Shown: one piece after another, positions 29,845 through 41,800 of the stretch
Layout of the letters: every line of letters begins with the position of its first letter
How positions within the stretch are numbered: the first letter of the stretch is position 1
NCBI GenBank assembly: GCA_964019335.1
Contig: OZ025682.1
Location: 186,001 to 250,000, forward strand
Source of the DNA: Diplonema japonicum
Lineage: Eukaryota; Protista; Euglenozoa: Diplonemea
Reading direction: 5' to 3'
DNA length: 64,000 nucleotides
Made by a program: the position numbers and the translations under genes
The notes under the pieces: generated by a model
The model's input: the letters and a program-made list of their open reading frames with translations, nothing else
What the model was told of the DNA's origin: nothing
The model's database searches: none

Positions 29845-31119
29845 ATGAAGAATGCAAGCAGCCCCCCTCACTTCCGCCTGTGGGCACCCACCGGTGAGCC
29901 CCTCCCTGCCATTGGTGCTGGGTTCGGGAAGGCCATCCTTGACCTCGAGGCCAAGTGGTACAACAAGGATGCATGGAGGGTTGAGTCCTTCGTGAAGAGG
30001 GACAAGGACAGCCTCATGTGGCTTGACCCCGCCGCATCGAAGGTATGTTTACATTTCAACTATCTTTTCTTCCTTTTCCTTCACTTTTACCGAAAATTCT
30101 GGAATGATTATCAATTTAATCCATAACTTTCACCTGATCTGCAAAACGAGCTGCGGGATAAACCTGTTTTAATAAACACATCTGAGACTTGCAAATGACC
30201 ACACGACCACCAAGAATCCCCTATTGTGGATTGTTGTCCCCCTCCGCCCCACTAACCACACCACTTCACAGGACTCGAAGAAGGCGTCTGTGTCTGGCAC
30301 CGTTGGGTACGATGACATGGAGAGGAACATCAAGTACCGTGGCAAGACCGACGAGTCCATGAAGCACACCTCCGAGCTTGCCTACTACCTGCCCTTCGTG
30401 GACGGCGAGCAGAGGATGAAGGTGGAGCTGAATGGAACGCTGGACTGCTCAGGCCTCTCGAGCCCCACCACGAAGGTCTTCTGGAAGGCGATGCTGAAGA
30501 AGTTCACCGCGGAGGCGATGATTGTGACCGGTAAGAGCGGTCCCACCACCCTGAACGCCTGGGTGCAGGGTGAGGTGAACGATGACCTCGCCTACGGGGC
30601 ACTGGTGTGAACAACAACAACAACAACAACAAAAACAACACACCAACAGGCCCAGTACGACCTGAAGGAGAAGAAGGTGAAGCAGTTCGAGGGTGGTGTG
30701 CTGAACACCTTCAACCTTTCAAACGGTGTGCTCGCAACGAGGGCTGTGACCCGCAACCTCGACATCTTCGAGGGGTCTGTGATGCCGCCTGCGATGGAGG
30801 TGGCAGGGAAGAAGGTGTCCGTGATGGCGAAGGCGGCCCACACTGTGTCCTCTGGGAACACCGACATTGTCGTTGCCTCGGAGACCAAGGTGTGCCCCCG
30901 CATGGACCTGAAGGCTAAGGTGGAGTACCAGGGGCTCAAGGACCTCAAAACCGCGTTCGCCGCTGTGTTCAGCGCTCCTGTATGTTGGACATGAAAGGGT
31001 TGGTGGAAATTTTATACACAACACAACAGAACGGCTGGAGGGTGGCAGCTTCGTACGCCATTGAGGACAACAAGTTCGGGCTCAGACTGGCGCAGGGCTC
31101 TACCCCTGCTCCTCTGTAA
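29845..31119 (+). CDS. VDAC: Mitochondrial porin (VDAC-like), paralog 2; exons 29845-30042, 30272-30604, 30650-30979, 31030-31119 (316 aa)
   Basis: Same intron positions and near-identical sequence to paralog 1; ends KFGLRLAQGSTPAPL*. Confidence 0.78.
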
Positions 31120-31800
31120 GTGAGTGGGCTACTGAGAAAGGTGTAAGGAGGAAGGAGGTGAACAAAAAGGTTAGAAAGGGAGGGGAAAAAAGTAAAAAAA
31201 AATAAGAGGGAAAAAAAAAAACAATCGGGGGGGTTTTTTTTTCTTCTTCTTTTTTTTTTTCTCCAATTCATTCTCACCCCCCTCACTGCTTTTCCTGTTT
31301 TCTTTTCTTTAGGGGGTTTTTTTTTTTCGTGTCCTGCCGCAGGTACCTTTAAATGTCTTTTTTTTTTCATTCGTTCTGAAAATCTTCTTTTCCTTTTATG
31401 ATGTATTTTTTTTTTTTTTGGGAAAGAGGCAGCGGTTGTAAATGCCACAATTACGTTGGCTCCTCTCCCACCCCCTCCCCCTTCCCTCCTTCCTCGACAT
31501 CCCTCCATTTAATTTTCTTTCTAATTCTCTTGAAAAAAAAAACTTAGAATTAAATGGAGTGCACGAAAGCAAAGAAGAGGGAGGACTTTTTTTTTTTTCC
31601 AATTCTTAAGAAAAAAAAAAGAAAGCGACAACAGCGCACAAAAAACAAAACAAAAAAAAAAAAAAAAAAAAAAAAAACGTAAGAAAAAAACGTGGTGGCA
31701 AAAAAACTTTTTTGTTTCCCCCCCCCTTTTTTTTACATCAAAACAACACTCAAACCAGAGGGAAGGGGGCGTAACAAAAAAAAAAAGAAAAAAAAAAGAA

Positions 31801-33870
31801 ATGGACACGGTAAAATTCCTGGTAGCAACGGACAACCATCTGGGCAGCTACGAGAAAACAGCGTCGAGGCGGGACGACAGTTTTGTGACGTTCGAGGAGA
31901 TTCTTCAAAAAGCGGTGGAGAACAAGGTGGACTTTATCCTGCTATGTGGGGACTTGTTCGATGAAAACAAACCCGGCCACGCCACCCTCCAGCGTACCAT
32001 GGCCCTCCTCCGTAAATACTGCATGGGCAATAAAAACATAGAATTCCAAGTGGTTTCCGAACCAGGGGGAGTTTCAAACGGCGGTTTTGCTTCTGTCAAT
32101 TTTCACGACCCGAATATAAATGTTTCGGTCCCAGTCTTCGCTATACATGGAAACCATGACGACCCAGTAGGCGAGCATTCCCTGTCAGCACTTGATATTC
32201 TGTCAACAGCGGGGCTTATAAACTACTTTGGAAAAGCAGCGAACAACGACGACATTCAAATCTCCCCGATTCTTATAAAAAAAGGAGCGACGAACCTAGC
32301 ATTGTACGGGTTGGGGCATGTTCGTGACGAACGGTTGCACAGATGTTTTCTCCACAAAAAGGTTCAGTTTCTCCGCCCGACTGAAAACGCGGAAAACTGG
32401 TTCAACATCTTCGCAATCCACCAAAATCGAAACACAAAAGGTGTCAACAAGAAAAACGGTGTAAACGAAGAGATGCTAAAGGGCTTCCTAGACCTCGTGA
32501 TATGGGGCCACGAACACGAACAGATCATGACGGCCACCCCAGCCAAGGGAAATTCCGGGTACGATATCCTACAACCCGGGTCGTCAATACAATCTACTCC
32601 TAACAGCGAAGACTTAAACCCGAAAAAAGTCGCGATAATCGAGGTTAACAAGATATCGTACAGAATTACCCCGTTAATGCTGAAATCGACACGACCGTGT
32701 GAATTTCAAACGGTTGTGTTAAAGGACGAGCCGTCGTTAGACAAAACACAGGAGGATGTAGCGGAGTACCTTACAGAGTGCGTCAACGATATGCTTCAAA
32801 AGGCGCAGGCGAAGATCGCCGCGATCCCCGATCAATTTATAAGGTTGAACAAAAACCTGAAGGTTCCCATCGTTCGACTTCGTGTCGACTATTCACCAGA
32901 CTATCCCATGGTGAACCCCGTTCTTTTCGGGGGGAAATTTATCAACAAGGTTGCAAACCCCCACCACGTCCTTGTTGCACAAACACGTCATAAAACCACC
33001 TCCACTTCCACCACCGCACCGTCAGACGGTACTTCTCTAGGACAAACCGCGCAGTTAGAAACAGGCCCATCACTGTTAAACCAAAACGCCGCATCCATGG
33101 CTGACACTATAACGAATAACCTCCACAAGATTATACACAGTGGAAAGCCTTTAAGCATGCTGTCTGAACATCACCTGACAGAAGCTGTGTTCAGCTTCAT
33201 AAACAAGAGCGAAGCAAACGCGGTCGACTCCATGGTGAAGGAGTACATGCTGCGGTCGCAAAAGGGGATATGGAAAGATGTCAAGGCGAAGTCCGACGTA
33301 ACAATGGAGTATCTTAGAAAGCTCGCGAATCTGATTAAGGAAAACGCGGATTGTGAATGGAAAGCGTCCGCTGAGCAGAAAAAAAAACCGAGCACAGCGG
33401 AGCAAACTGTGAAGCAAGAACCTCATGATGCTGCTGACATGCCCGAGGCTCCACCGCAGATGTTGCCAGTTAATGAAACTCCCGAGGATGGTGAAATAGA
33501 GTTATCTGGGGAGTTTATCGCACCCCTTCCGACACCTAAGAAGCAAAAGCAAAAACCTGCTCCGAAAAAAAAACCCGCTCCCAAAAAGAAACCCGCTGCG
33601 AAAGTTTCAAAAAAACGCAAAGTGGAATCCGACGAAGAAGAGGACAGCGATAGCCAGCTGCTCCCGTTGCCGATGGTCAAGAAAACCAAGAAGAAAAGCA
33701 GCCTTCCTGAACCGGGCAGCGAGGACGACAATGACGGGGAGCCCCAGGTGAAACCCGCACCACCGGCGAAAAAGAAAAAATCGGAAAAACCGTCCATCCC
33801 GACAAAGAAAAGTCCTCAGAAAACATCGCTTGCCTCGGTGATGGCGAACTGGGGGAAGAAAAAAAAGTGA
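31801..33870 (+). CDS. MRE11: Double-strand break repair nuclease MRE11
   Basis: Phosphoesterase motifs ATDNHLG, GDLFD, IHGNHDDP, WGHEH and QPGSS; RDERLHR; LRVDYS; K/P-rich tail. Confidence 0.97.
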   Translation: MDTVKFLVATDNHLGSYEKTASRRDDSFVTFEEILQKAVENKVDFILLCGDLFDENKPGHATLQRTMALLRKYCMGNKNIEFQVVSEPGGVSNGGFASVNFHDPNINVSVPVFAIHGNHDDPVGEHSLSALDILSTAGLINYFGKAANNDDIQISPILIKKGATNLALYGLGHVRDERLHRCFLHKKVQFLRPTENAENWFNIFAIHQNRNTKGVNKKNGVNEEMLKGFLDLVIWGHEHEQIMTATPAKGNSGYDILQPGSSIQSTPNSEDLNPKKVAIIEVNKISYRITPLMLKSTRPCEFQTVVLKDEPSLDKTQEDVAEYLTECVNDMLQKAQAKIAAIPDQFIRLNKNLKVPIVRLRVDYSPDYPMVNPVLFGGKFINKVANPHHVLVAQTRHKTTSTSTTAPSDGTSLGQTAQLETGPSLLNQNAASMADTITNNLHKIIHSGKPLSMLSEHHLTEAVFSFINKSEANAVDSMVKEYMLRSQKGIWKDVKAKSDVTMEYLRKLANLIKENADCEWKASAEQKKKPSTAEQTVKQEPHDAADMPEAPPQMLPVNETPEDGEIELSGEFIAPLPTPKKQKQKPAPKKKPAPKKKPAAKVSKKRKVESDEEEDSDSQLLPLPMVKKTKKKSSLPEPGSEDDNDGEPQVKPAPPAKKKKSEKPSIPTKKSPQKTSLASVMANWGKKKK

Positions 33871-34075
33871 GTTATTGCATTTTTTTTTTCTTTTTTTTTT
33901 GTTACCCCTTACCCCCCGTCCTCCTCCTGGGTATTTATTCAGGACGAGAAAAAAAAAAAAAAGCTTTTCTCCTAGTTCTTTTTTTTTGTGTTTTTTTTTT
34001 TTTTTTTTTTTTTTTTCCCACAATAAATTAAAAAGAAAAAAACCCCCGCCCTGCAGCCAAAAAAAAAAAAAAAAA

Positions 34076-36361
34076 ATGGGTCAATGTCAATCAGATAAAA
34101 AAAAGGAATACCAAGAGCCCCCGGTGGCGAAGGCGCGTCTCCAGCACCCACAAAAAGCAGCGGTGTTCCCGAGGCAGCAGCAGCACGTCCAAAGACAACC
34201 GCCTCCAAGAATACTGTATGTGAAGATATGGGGCGACGCCCATAGCAAATGCTCCGGGAGATACGATCTGGTCCCGGAAGGCGCCGCGGCTGTATGGAGA
34301 AATGGCGATTTGAGAATGTACACCGATTCAGGGGGCTTTTGGATCATAGGTTCTGAAAGCGAGATGAGCACGGGAGTAGGATGGTTCGCGACAGAGTCTC
34401 CCCATCGAGGAAAAAACCCAGAAGATAAATCTCTCACATGGGCTTACGTTGCCAAAGGCGGCCACAAAAAAGGATGGCAGCCATCCGCTCCAATGTCCAT
34501 CAGCACCTCGCAACCCGTAAGTGCATTTACCATGATATCTGGCGGAGCGTCAAAGGCAACATACGCAAGTTTCTCGACAGCGTTGAAAACCCATCCTGAA
34601 ATCCTTGGCGAACTGGGGATCCCATCATCCCCAGGAAACCTCCCAGAGTATTTCAAATCGATGTGTGTTAGATCGACAGGGTACATTACGGAAGCATCGC
34701 TCGCAGCGTATAGTTCGTACAGAAAACTGTTTCAAAGCATTGACACACGGAATCTTAACAAGATTTCAGCGTGGGATCTCGAGAGAGCTTTGACATCCAA
34801 CCCAAGCTTGCAAAAGACCCTTGGTATCAAACCAAACCTCTCTCTATCATTCATACGGCAAATCGACGCCACCGGTCGAGGCTGGGGTACAATGTTACAA
34901 TTTGTAACATTTCTACAAAGCGGCGGAGTGACACAAGCTCAGAATAAACGCCACGGATCCGCAGCAGCGTCCGATCGTATCGTTGCTGCTGTGACACGGG
35001 AAAATCAAAGAGTCACATTGTCCGAGTTAACCGCTGTTTTAGAAGCCGATAGAGAGGCACAGCTTGAGTTGGGTTGGCCCGCTCATCAAACTTCGGTAAT
35101 ATTCCACATATTACAAGGCAACAACAGGGGGTATGTCATGATTCAGGATCTGAAGGTTTTCCTGGAACTCACCACATTGTTCAATCAAATCGATTTGACG
35201 CGGGACGGTTTTATCGACGCACACGAGTTCGGGACAGCGTTGGGGAAGGATCTGGTGTTGCAAAGGGCGTTGGCGACAAATGCGGTCGACGCGCAGATTG
35301 TTTTCAGCAAGATCGATCTAGGGCGTCACGGTTCGGTGTCGTTCGTGGAATTCTACAGATTTTACAAGAAATATCTCGCGGATTTGAAGATGTCGCCGGC
35401 GGTGAAAAACAACAACAGCAACAACAACAACAACAACCAGCCTCCTCGTTACGCGAACCAAGAGTACGCGTATCAAGTTAAAAACAAGCTCGGCGAAGGA
35501 AGCTACGGAATCGTGTTTCTAGTAAAAAGAGCCTATGACGGGTTAAACCTTATCATGAAGAAACCGAAATTGTCTTCCGGATTCAACATGGATGACGTGC
35601 GCCGTGAAGCGGAACTACTTCAAAAAGTGAAACACCCGCATATTATCAGATTCGTCGAAGCCTTTAAGAACACGTCAGGTGCTTTGATAATCATAACGGA
35701 GTTTGCAGACGGTGGTGATTTAAGAAAGAAGATTCGAACATTTCCCAGGGGGATCCCCCAGCAGCAAACCATGGTGTGGTTTTCTGAAATCTGCGAGGCC
35801 GTACAGTACCTCCACAACCGTCATATTCTACACAGAGACCTCAAAACCGACAATATTTTTTTGACCGCTGGTGGTTCTGTTAAACTGGGCGATCTCGGCC
35901 TTGCGAAACAATTAAAACTTGATTATCGAACCCACGAGGCTGTCACTCACACTGTATTCCGTGGTGCTAAAGGAGCCCCATCCAATATGTCCCCGGAACA
36001 GGTTAGGGGTGAGACGCATGGTACACCTATTGATATTTGGGCGCTCGGATGTATTTTGTATGAAATGTGTACTTGCAAACCGTGTTTCACATCTCCCGAA
36101 GCCGCGCTTCGTTGTAGTGGTGAACCTCCTTCCGACACCCCCCGTTTCTGCCATGCCATCGTTAAGGAATGTCTCACACCTTCTCAGTACCGCAGGCCGG
36201 ATATTCAAAGGATTATCGGGCTGATCGACGAACGGTACAAGGATGCTCAAGGTTGCATGGCTACCCATTTGACCGATAGGAAGCACAGGGACGGTGGTGG
36301 TGGTGGTGGTGGTGGACACGGTGGTGGTGGTTTGATGCATCCTAACATGATGCACAGGTGA
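34076..36361 (+). CDS. N-acylated protein with EF-hand-like motifs and a C-terminal NEK-like Ser/Thr kinase (761 aa)
   Basis: MGQCQS start. EF-hand-like DLTRDGFIDAHE and DLGRHGSVSFVE. Kinase motifs LGEGSYG, MKK, HRDLKTDNIF, DLGLAK, MSPE, DIWALG. Confidence 0.87.
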   Translation: MGQCQSDKKKEYQEPPVAKARLQHPQKAAVFPRQQQHVQRQPPPRILYVKIWGDAHSKCSGRYDLVPEGAAAVWRNGDLRMYTDSGGFWIIGSESEMSTGVGWFATESPHRGKNPEDKSLTWAYVAKGGHKKGWQPSAPMSISTSQPVSAFTMISGGASKATYASFSTALKTHPEILGELGIPSSPGNLPEYFKSMCVRSTGYITEASLAAYSSYRKLFQSIDTRNLNKISAWDLERALTSNPSLQKTLGIKPNLSLSFIRQIDATGRGWGTMLQFVTFLQSGGVTQAQNKRHGSAAASDRIVAAVTRENQRVTLSELTAVLEADREAQLELGWPAHQTSVIFHILQGNNRGYVMIQDLKVFLELTTLFNQIDLTRDGFIDAHEFGTALGKDLVLQRALATNAVDAQIVFSKIDLGRHGSVSFVEFYRFYKKYLADLKMSPAVKNNNSNNNNNNQPPRYANQEYAYQVKNKLGEGSYGIVFLVKRAYDGLNLIMKKPKLSSGFNMDDVRREAELLQKVKHPHIIRFVEAFKNTSGALIIITEFADGGDLRKKIRTFPRGIPQQQTMVWFSEICEAVQYLHNRHILHRDLKTDNIFLTAGGSVKLGDLGLAKQLKLDYRTHEAVTHTVFRGAKGAPSNMSPEQVRGETHGTPIDIWALGCILYEMCTCKPCFTSPEAALRCSGEPPSDTPRFCHAIVKECLTPSQYRRPDIQRIIGLIDERYKDAQGCMATHLTDRKHRDGGGGGGGGHGGGGLMHPNMMHR

Positions 36362-36362
36362 T

Positions 36363-36400
<38 letters not shown>

Positions 36401-37087
36401 ATTGTTTCATTTCTTTTTTTTTTTTTTTTTGTAGTTGTAGCAGTGGGATTTAAAAAGAAAAAAATACAATTTATTGTTATCAAAGAGAAAAAAATAAAAA
36501 AATAAAAAAAAAGTGGGAGAAGGAAGAAGAGGAAGAAAAAAAAAAAAGGAAAAGAAAAAAAGAAAAAAAAACGGGATCTATTCCTGCCGTTGCTCCCACG
36601 TAGCAGAGTGGATCCTGTGTTTTTTTTTTTTTGTTTTTTTTGTTATTCTCTTTTTTTTGTTTTTTTTTATTCACCCATCCTTACGTACCCTCACCCGCTC
36701 TTTTTCTGATACAAGTTGTGCAGTCAGTCTTCTTCCTCCTCCCAAAGGCCCTCCTCATCCATTACCTTCGACTTGAAAAAAAAAAAAAAAAAACGATCCT
36801 CCCTTTCCTTTATTTTTGTTGAGAAGTCCCCCTCCCCCCGCTTTTTGACAATTATTGGTAACTGCAAAAAAAGAAGAAAAAAATGAAGGTTTCAGGGGGG
36901 GGACAATGGAGAGGGTAAAAAAAAAAACCCCGGAGGGGGGGACGCACTCTCAGAGAAAGAAAAAAACAAAATATAGCCGCACAAAAAAGAAAAATAATAA
37001 TAATAATAATGAAAAAAAAAAGAAGGCCAGAAAAATTAATAGCTATTTACTGCCAACAAGTAATGACTTTACCGTTACCTCGAGGTT

Positions 37088-37155
37088 CCGCATTTTACCG
37101 TGGAGGGGGGAGGGAAATGCACCGCATTTTACCGGGGAGGGGGGAGGGAAATGCA
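37088..37155 (+). repeat. 34-bp G-rich tandem duplication
   Basis: ccgcattttaccg(t/g)ggaggggggagggaaatgca, twice. Confidence 0.85.
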
Positions 37156-37814
37156 ACTTGCCGGTTTAATGAAATATATTTGTGTAGGATGCCAGCCCCT
37201 TCTCACTTTTCCCCTTTGTTTTTTGTTCTGGTTTCTTTTTTTTTTTCTTCCTCCCTTACTCCTTTTGATCTCAAGGAGGAACAATAGACCCCCCCAAAAA
37301 AAGCTATTTCCCTTTCCTCGCTGCCTCTGTGTTATTCCTTTTGTGTAAGACGAGAAGAAAAAAAAAAGAATCGAAAAGAGAAGAGAAGAGAAAAAAAAAA
37401 CACAGGGTGTGAGGAAAGGAACGTCCTCTTTATTCTTGGTACCAATCTTATTTTAAAAAAAAAAAATACCCCACCCCTCTTTATTTTTACTACATTCAAA
37501 AAAAAAAAAACAAAATGAGGAGGGAAGTTAAAAGAAGAGGAAAAAAAAAAAGAAAAAAAAAAGAAGAAGAAACGGCTATTGGTGTTGTTTCTTGTTCTTC
37601 TTCTTTTTTTTTTTCTTTGTACACTGTTGCCCTCTGAATGCCGTTGGTAACCACACAAAGGGTAAATGGAGGAAGACAGGGTTGGACCGTGTTAAAGGAT
37701 ACCAACGTAAAAGCCGAGTAACTAACCTTTCACAATTCTAGCATGTTTTCTTGTAAGGTTTTACCCAGAAAAAGTGGTGGCGAGGGAAGGAGCAACCTCA
37801 CTTCTCTTAACCAG

Positions 37815-37855
<41 letters not shown>

Positions 37856-38231
37856 TTCCCACGTTGCGTTGACTTGGTCTGGCTGGTCTTTGGAAAAGCG
37901 GCATTTAATTACGTGGTACTATTTCAGGTAACATTTTTTTCTTTTTTTTTTTCGTGATGCGATTTACATTTTTTTTCTTCTTCTTTTCACTCCGCAAATA
38001 AATTGCAAACCCCGCACTGGCCTCAATGCCCCCTTTGGGGGGGAGGAAGATTGTAACGTAAGCAAAGGACGAATTCTTTTTTAAGAGGGGGGGGGGGGGG
38101 GGGGAAACTTAAAATCTTCAAAATTGTGGCAGTGCAAATATCAATTTTTACCAATCTAACTTCCTCTTTTTTTTTTTTCTTTTTTTTTTTATTCCCTTAC
38201 ATACACTCAGTTTTTTTCCTAAGAGCCGGGA

Positions 38232-38262
<31 letters not shown>

Positions 38263-38803
38263 AAAAGAGAAAAAGTCGGAGACGTGAAAAGTAGAAAGTC
38301 CACATTATTCTCCCTCCAGTCATTTCTCTCCCTTCTTTTTTTTTTTGTCGATTCCCATCTGTCACTCGCCCTTTTTTCGGCTCTTTCTCGGTTTTGCTCC
38401 CCCCCCCCCCCCCCCCAACTCTTTCTCTTTTTTCTTTCTCCATCCCTCACCAGTTATTTTATTTTTTCATATGTTTTAATGAAACCCATGCGCTGTTTTC
38501 GTTTTTTTTTTTCTCCTTCACCTACCACCTCCCCCCCGATTCTTCTTTTCTTGTGGCAAAAATATATACTTTTTTATCCCCTCCCATTCAGCAGTGGCAA
38601 AAGAAGGAGAAAAAAAAAAAGAAACAAAAAAAAATCACATTTTTAAAAAAAAGAATGTAAAAGAAAATACTGGTGCAGGGGGGGGGGGGGGGGGGGATTC
38701 TGAGAAAATTTATTTTATTTCTCTTTCCCCTTCGTTTATTTGTACAACAAAAAAAAACCCAAAAAAAAAAAGGGTGGGTGGTAGAAAAAAAAAATAATAA
38801 TAA

Positions 38804-41800
38804 ATGGGTGAAAGCGAATCAAGCAGCAACGACGAAGAGAAACCAGATGATAGACTGCAAGCTACCCTGCCAAGAACCCATCTCAAAAGGCGTCTGTTGA
38901 AGATGAAAGGCACAAAACCCCCGGTGGAGGTGGACATACACAAATCTCTCAAGGCCGCATACCCTTTAGAATCTGTATATATTTTCCAAATAGTAGACAG
39001 GCTAAAATCGGAGAGGGGGAGAAGAGAAGAGGCCGTTTGGGCAGTCACACCTGGCTTTAACATGATAGGGAAATTAAACGGAAAGGTCGAACACACTGGA
39101 AAAATATCAGACATAACCTTGGTGGGGGTGCAGAGCGTGTTCCACGGAAAGGAAGAATCGAAACTCATATTAATTCAATTCGCTCAGCACACAGCAGACA
39201 CCACATTAATCCTCCATCTTAAGCCCCACCGTCGCAATCATCCTGTTGTCCCGGCTGATGACTTGATAGGGGTGTTGGCTTCTATTTTTCACGCAACTAC
39301 CGGAAACCTGTTATCTGTAGAACACATCCCCCCCAATGTTGATATATTCGCTGAAGAATCTGTCTACGGCCCGTTTCGACCCACTGAAAGAACGATGAGT
39401 GCGTCGGAAAAAACCGTGAGAAAAAAAAACGTTTCTTCTTTGAAACCGCTTCAAACAGAGGATTCGTTCCCGCAGTACCGTGGAACGAAGGACCCCACCG
39501 ACCAAAGCTACATTTCAGTTTTGCTTCCATCTCCTTTAGGCCGCTCCGCTACCACCACAGCGGTAACGACGAACTGGTACAACCATGACCCGCCCTCCTT
39601 CCCCAAAGGGTGTTTAACAAAAGTCCGCACCACTGTCAAAAACTCTCCGTGGAGGGTCGGTGAGGTCGTGGGAACAGCGGCAGATGGGTCACCGATCATC
39701 AGAGTGGGCAAGGAAAAACCCCTCATCTACCCTATATATGAACGAATACAACCAAACTCAATCTACATGGCCGTTAGACAAACCTACGCCACTGCCAACC
39801 CAGGCGACCTACAACAACCAGGAGATCTTGTTGTAGAACAAAACAGACGAGCACGGATTGTAACCTTAGAAGATGTCTCCAAGGACACGTGGGGAATGCT
39901 CGATACGGGGAGCTGGGTTCCCATCACTCTGTCTAACACCGATGTCATGCTGCCGTGCATGCTTGGCGATGAGGAATCGATACCTCCGTTGGAGGTGAAG
40001 TCGATTTTAGGATTGAACCCAGGGGCCTTTGGGAACCCCGAGGTGGACGACGCTGATCTTGAAGGAAGTGTCGACCGTGCTGTTAAAGGCGCGGTCGAGG
40101 AAAAACCGAGGATAAAGGTGTTCCTTCGAATCCGTCCTGTTCTGGACGAAAAGGAACAGGCCGCCGATAAGGCCGTCACGCTGCTGGACGCGAACACGGT
40201 GGCGTGCAGGAACCAGAGCTTCGAGTTCGATGAGATCTTCACGCAGAAAACGTACCAAAACGAGATGCTGAGAAGGATCTTACCGCAACCCCTTCGCACC
40301 GTCCTCTCCGGGCACAACGCCAGCATACTAGCATACGGTACGTCAGGCAGTGGGAAGACCTACTCGATGTTCGGCGGCGGGGACACTCCTGGCATCGTCC
40401 AGTGCGCCATGTCAGAGATCGTCACGGCGATCTGTGAACAAGACACCGCGTTCACACTGAGAATATCATTCTACGAACTGTACGCGGAGAAGGTCAAAGA
40501 CCTACTTGGTGTCGCTCTGGCCGACACCGAGAAGCAGCGGTTACGGGAAGACACTTTTAAACGGAGAAGGGTACGCACGCACCCCGTCACGGGGCCTTAC
40601 ATTGAGAACATGACGCAAGTGGACGTCATGCGTGAGGACATCCCCATGATCCTCGACAAGGCGAAGGCCATCAGGGCAACGTCTGCAACGCATGGCAACC
40701 CAACGTCAAGCAGGTCCCATGGTATCGTGACCATCTCTGTAGTTAGGAACGACAACAGGCACGCGACCCCCAACATGCTCGCGTCCACTCTCACTATTGT
40801 AGACCTCGCTGGTTCTGAACGTGCCCGACGCTATCGTGATGACAACATGACTGAAGCGAGAAGTATCAACCTCAGTTTGACGGTTCTCCGAAAGGTTATC
40901 GACACTTTGCTCCGTCCGTCGCAGCAAGGCGGCCCCCCGTACCGCGAGTCGCTGTTGACCTTTTTACTGTCCGAATCGCTCGGCGGAAACTCATTCACCA
41001 CACTCCTCGCCACCGTCTCGCCATGCCTCCAGTCCGCCGACGACACGATGGCCACGCTGCGCTACGCATCCCGCGCACGTGGGATCGTCAACAACGTCAG
41101 GTCCAACACGGTCCCTGCAGTGCTTGAAACCCTTGCCATCGCATCCCCTCAGGCGGCCCGCGGCCTTTCCATGCAAAACCAGGTCGTCACCGACGTACTG
41201 GGGAAGATAAGCCACTACAACGTGCAACAGGAAGAAGGTGTTGAGGAGTTGTGGAAAGCCATTGTCAACAGCAAAGCAAGTGGTCCGAAGGTTCTCGGAA
41301 CCATCTTGGAGGAGGTCCGCGTCAAGGAACGTGCGGCTGTCATGAAGGAGACCGTCGTCCCGGTGCCGAGGTTGTCTCCAACACCGCCTTCAGGGGAGGA
41401 TGAACGGTTGTCTCCCACACCACCATCCGCCTCCAGTGATGAAGAGGACAAGGATGAACTGTTTGCTTCACCGTCATGTTCTCCGTCGCCTGTAGCCGCT
41501 ACACCTGCAATGCAGCAAGAAGATGAAATCCTGAAGAAATTAGCAAGGGCACTAGCATCTTCCGCCGCAAGGATGTTGTCTCCTTCTGTGGAGCGGTCTG
41601 CTGAGAAGCTGCCGCCTGTTCATCGGCAGCATGATAAGTACGACTTCCTGCCCATTCCAAGCACCATGCTGGCGAGGGACATGGTTCTCCCTGCGGCTTC
41701 ACCCCCTGCAGCCACACCTGTGAAGCGGAAGATGTACACCAGCGAAGCGATTACCCCAATGACGGGCGCCAGCAAGGGACTAAGAACACCGAATAGTATG

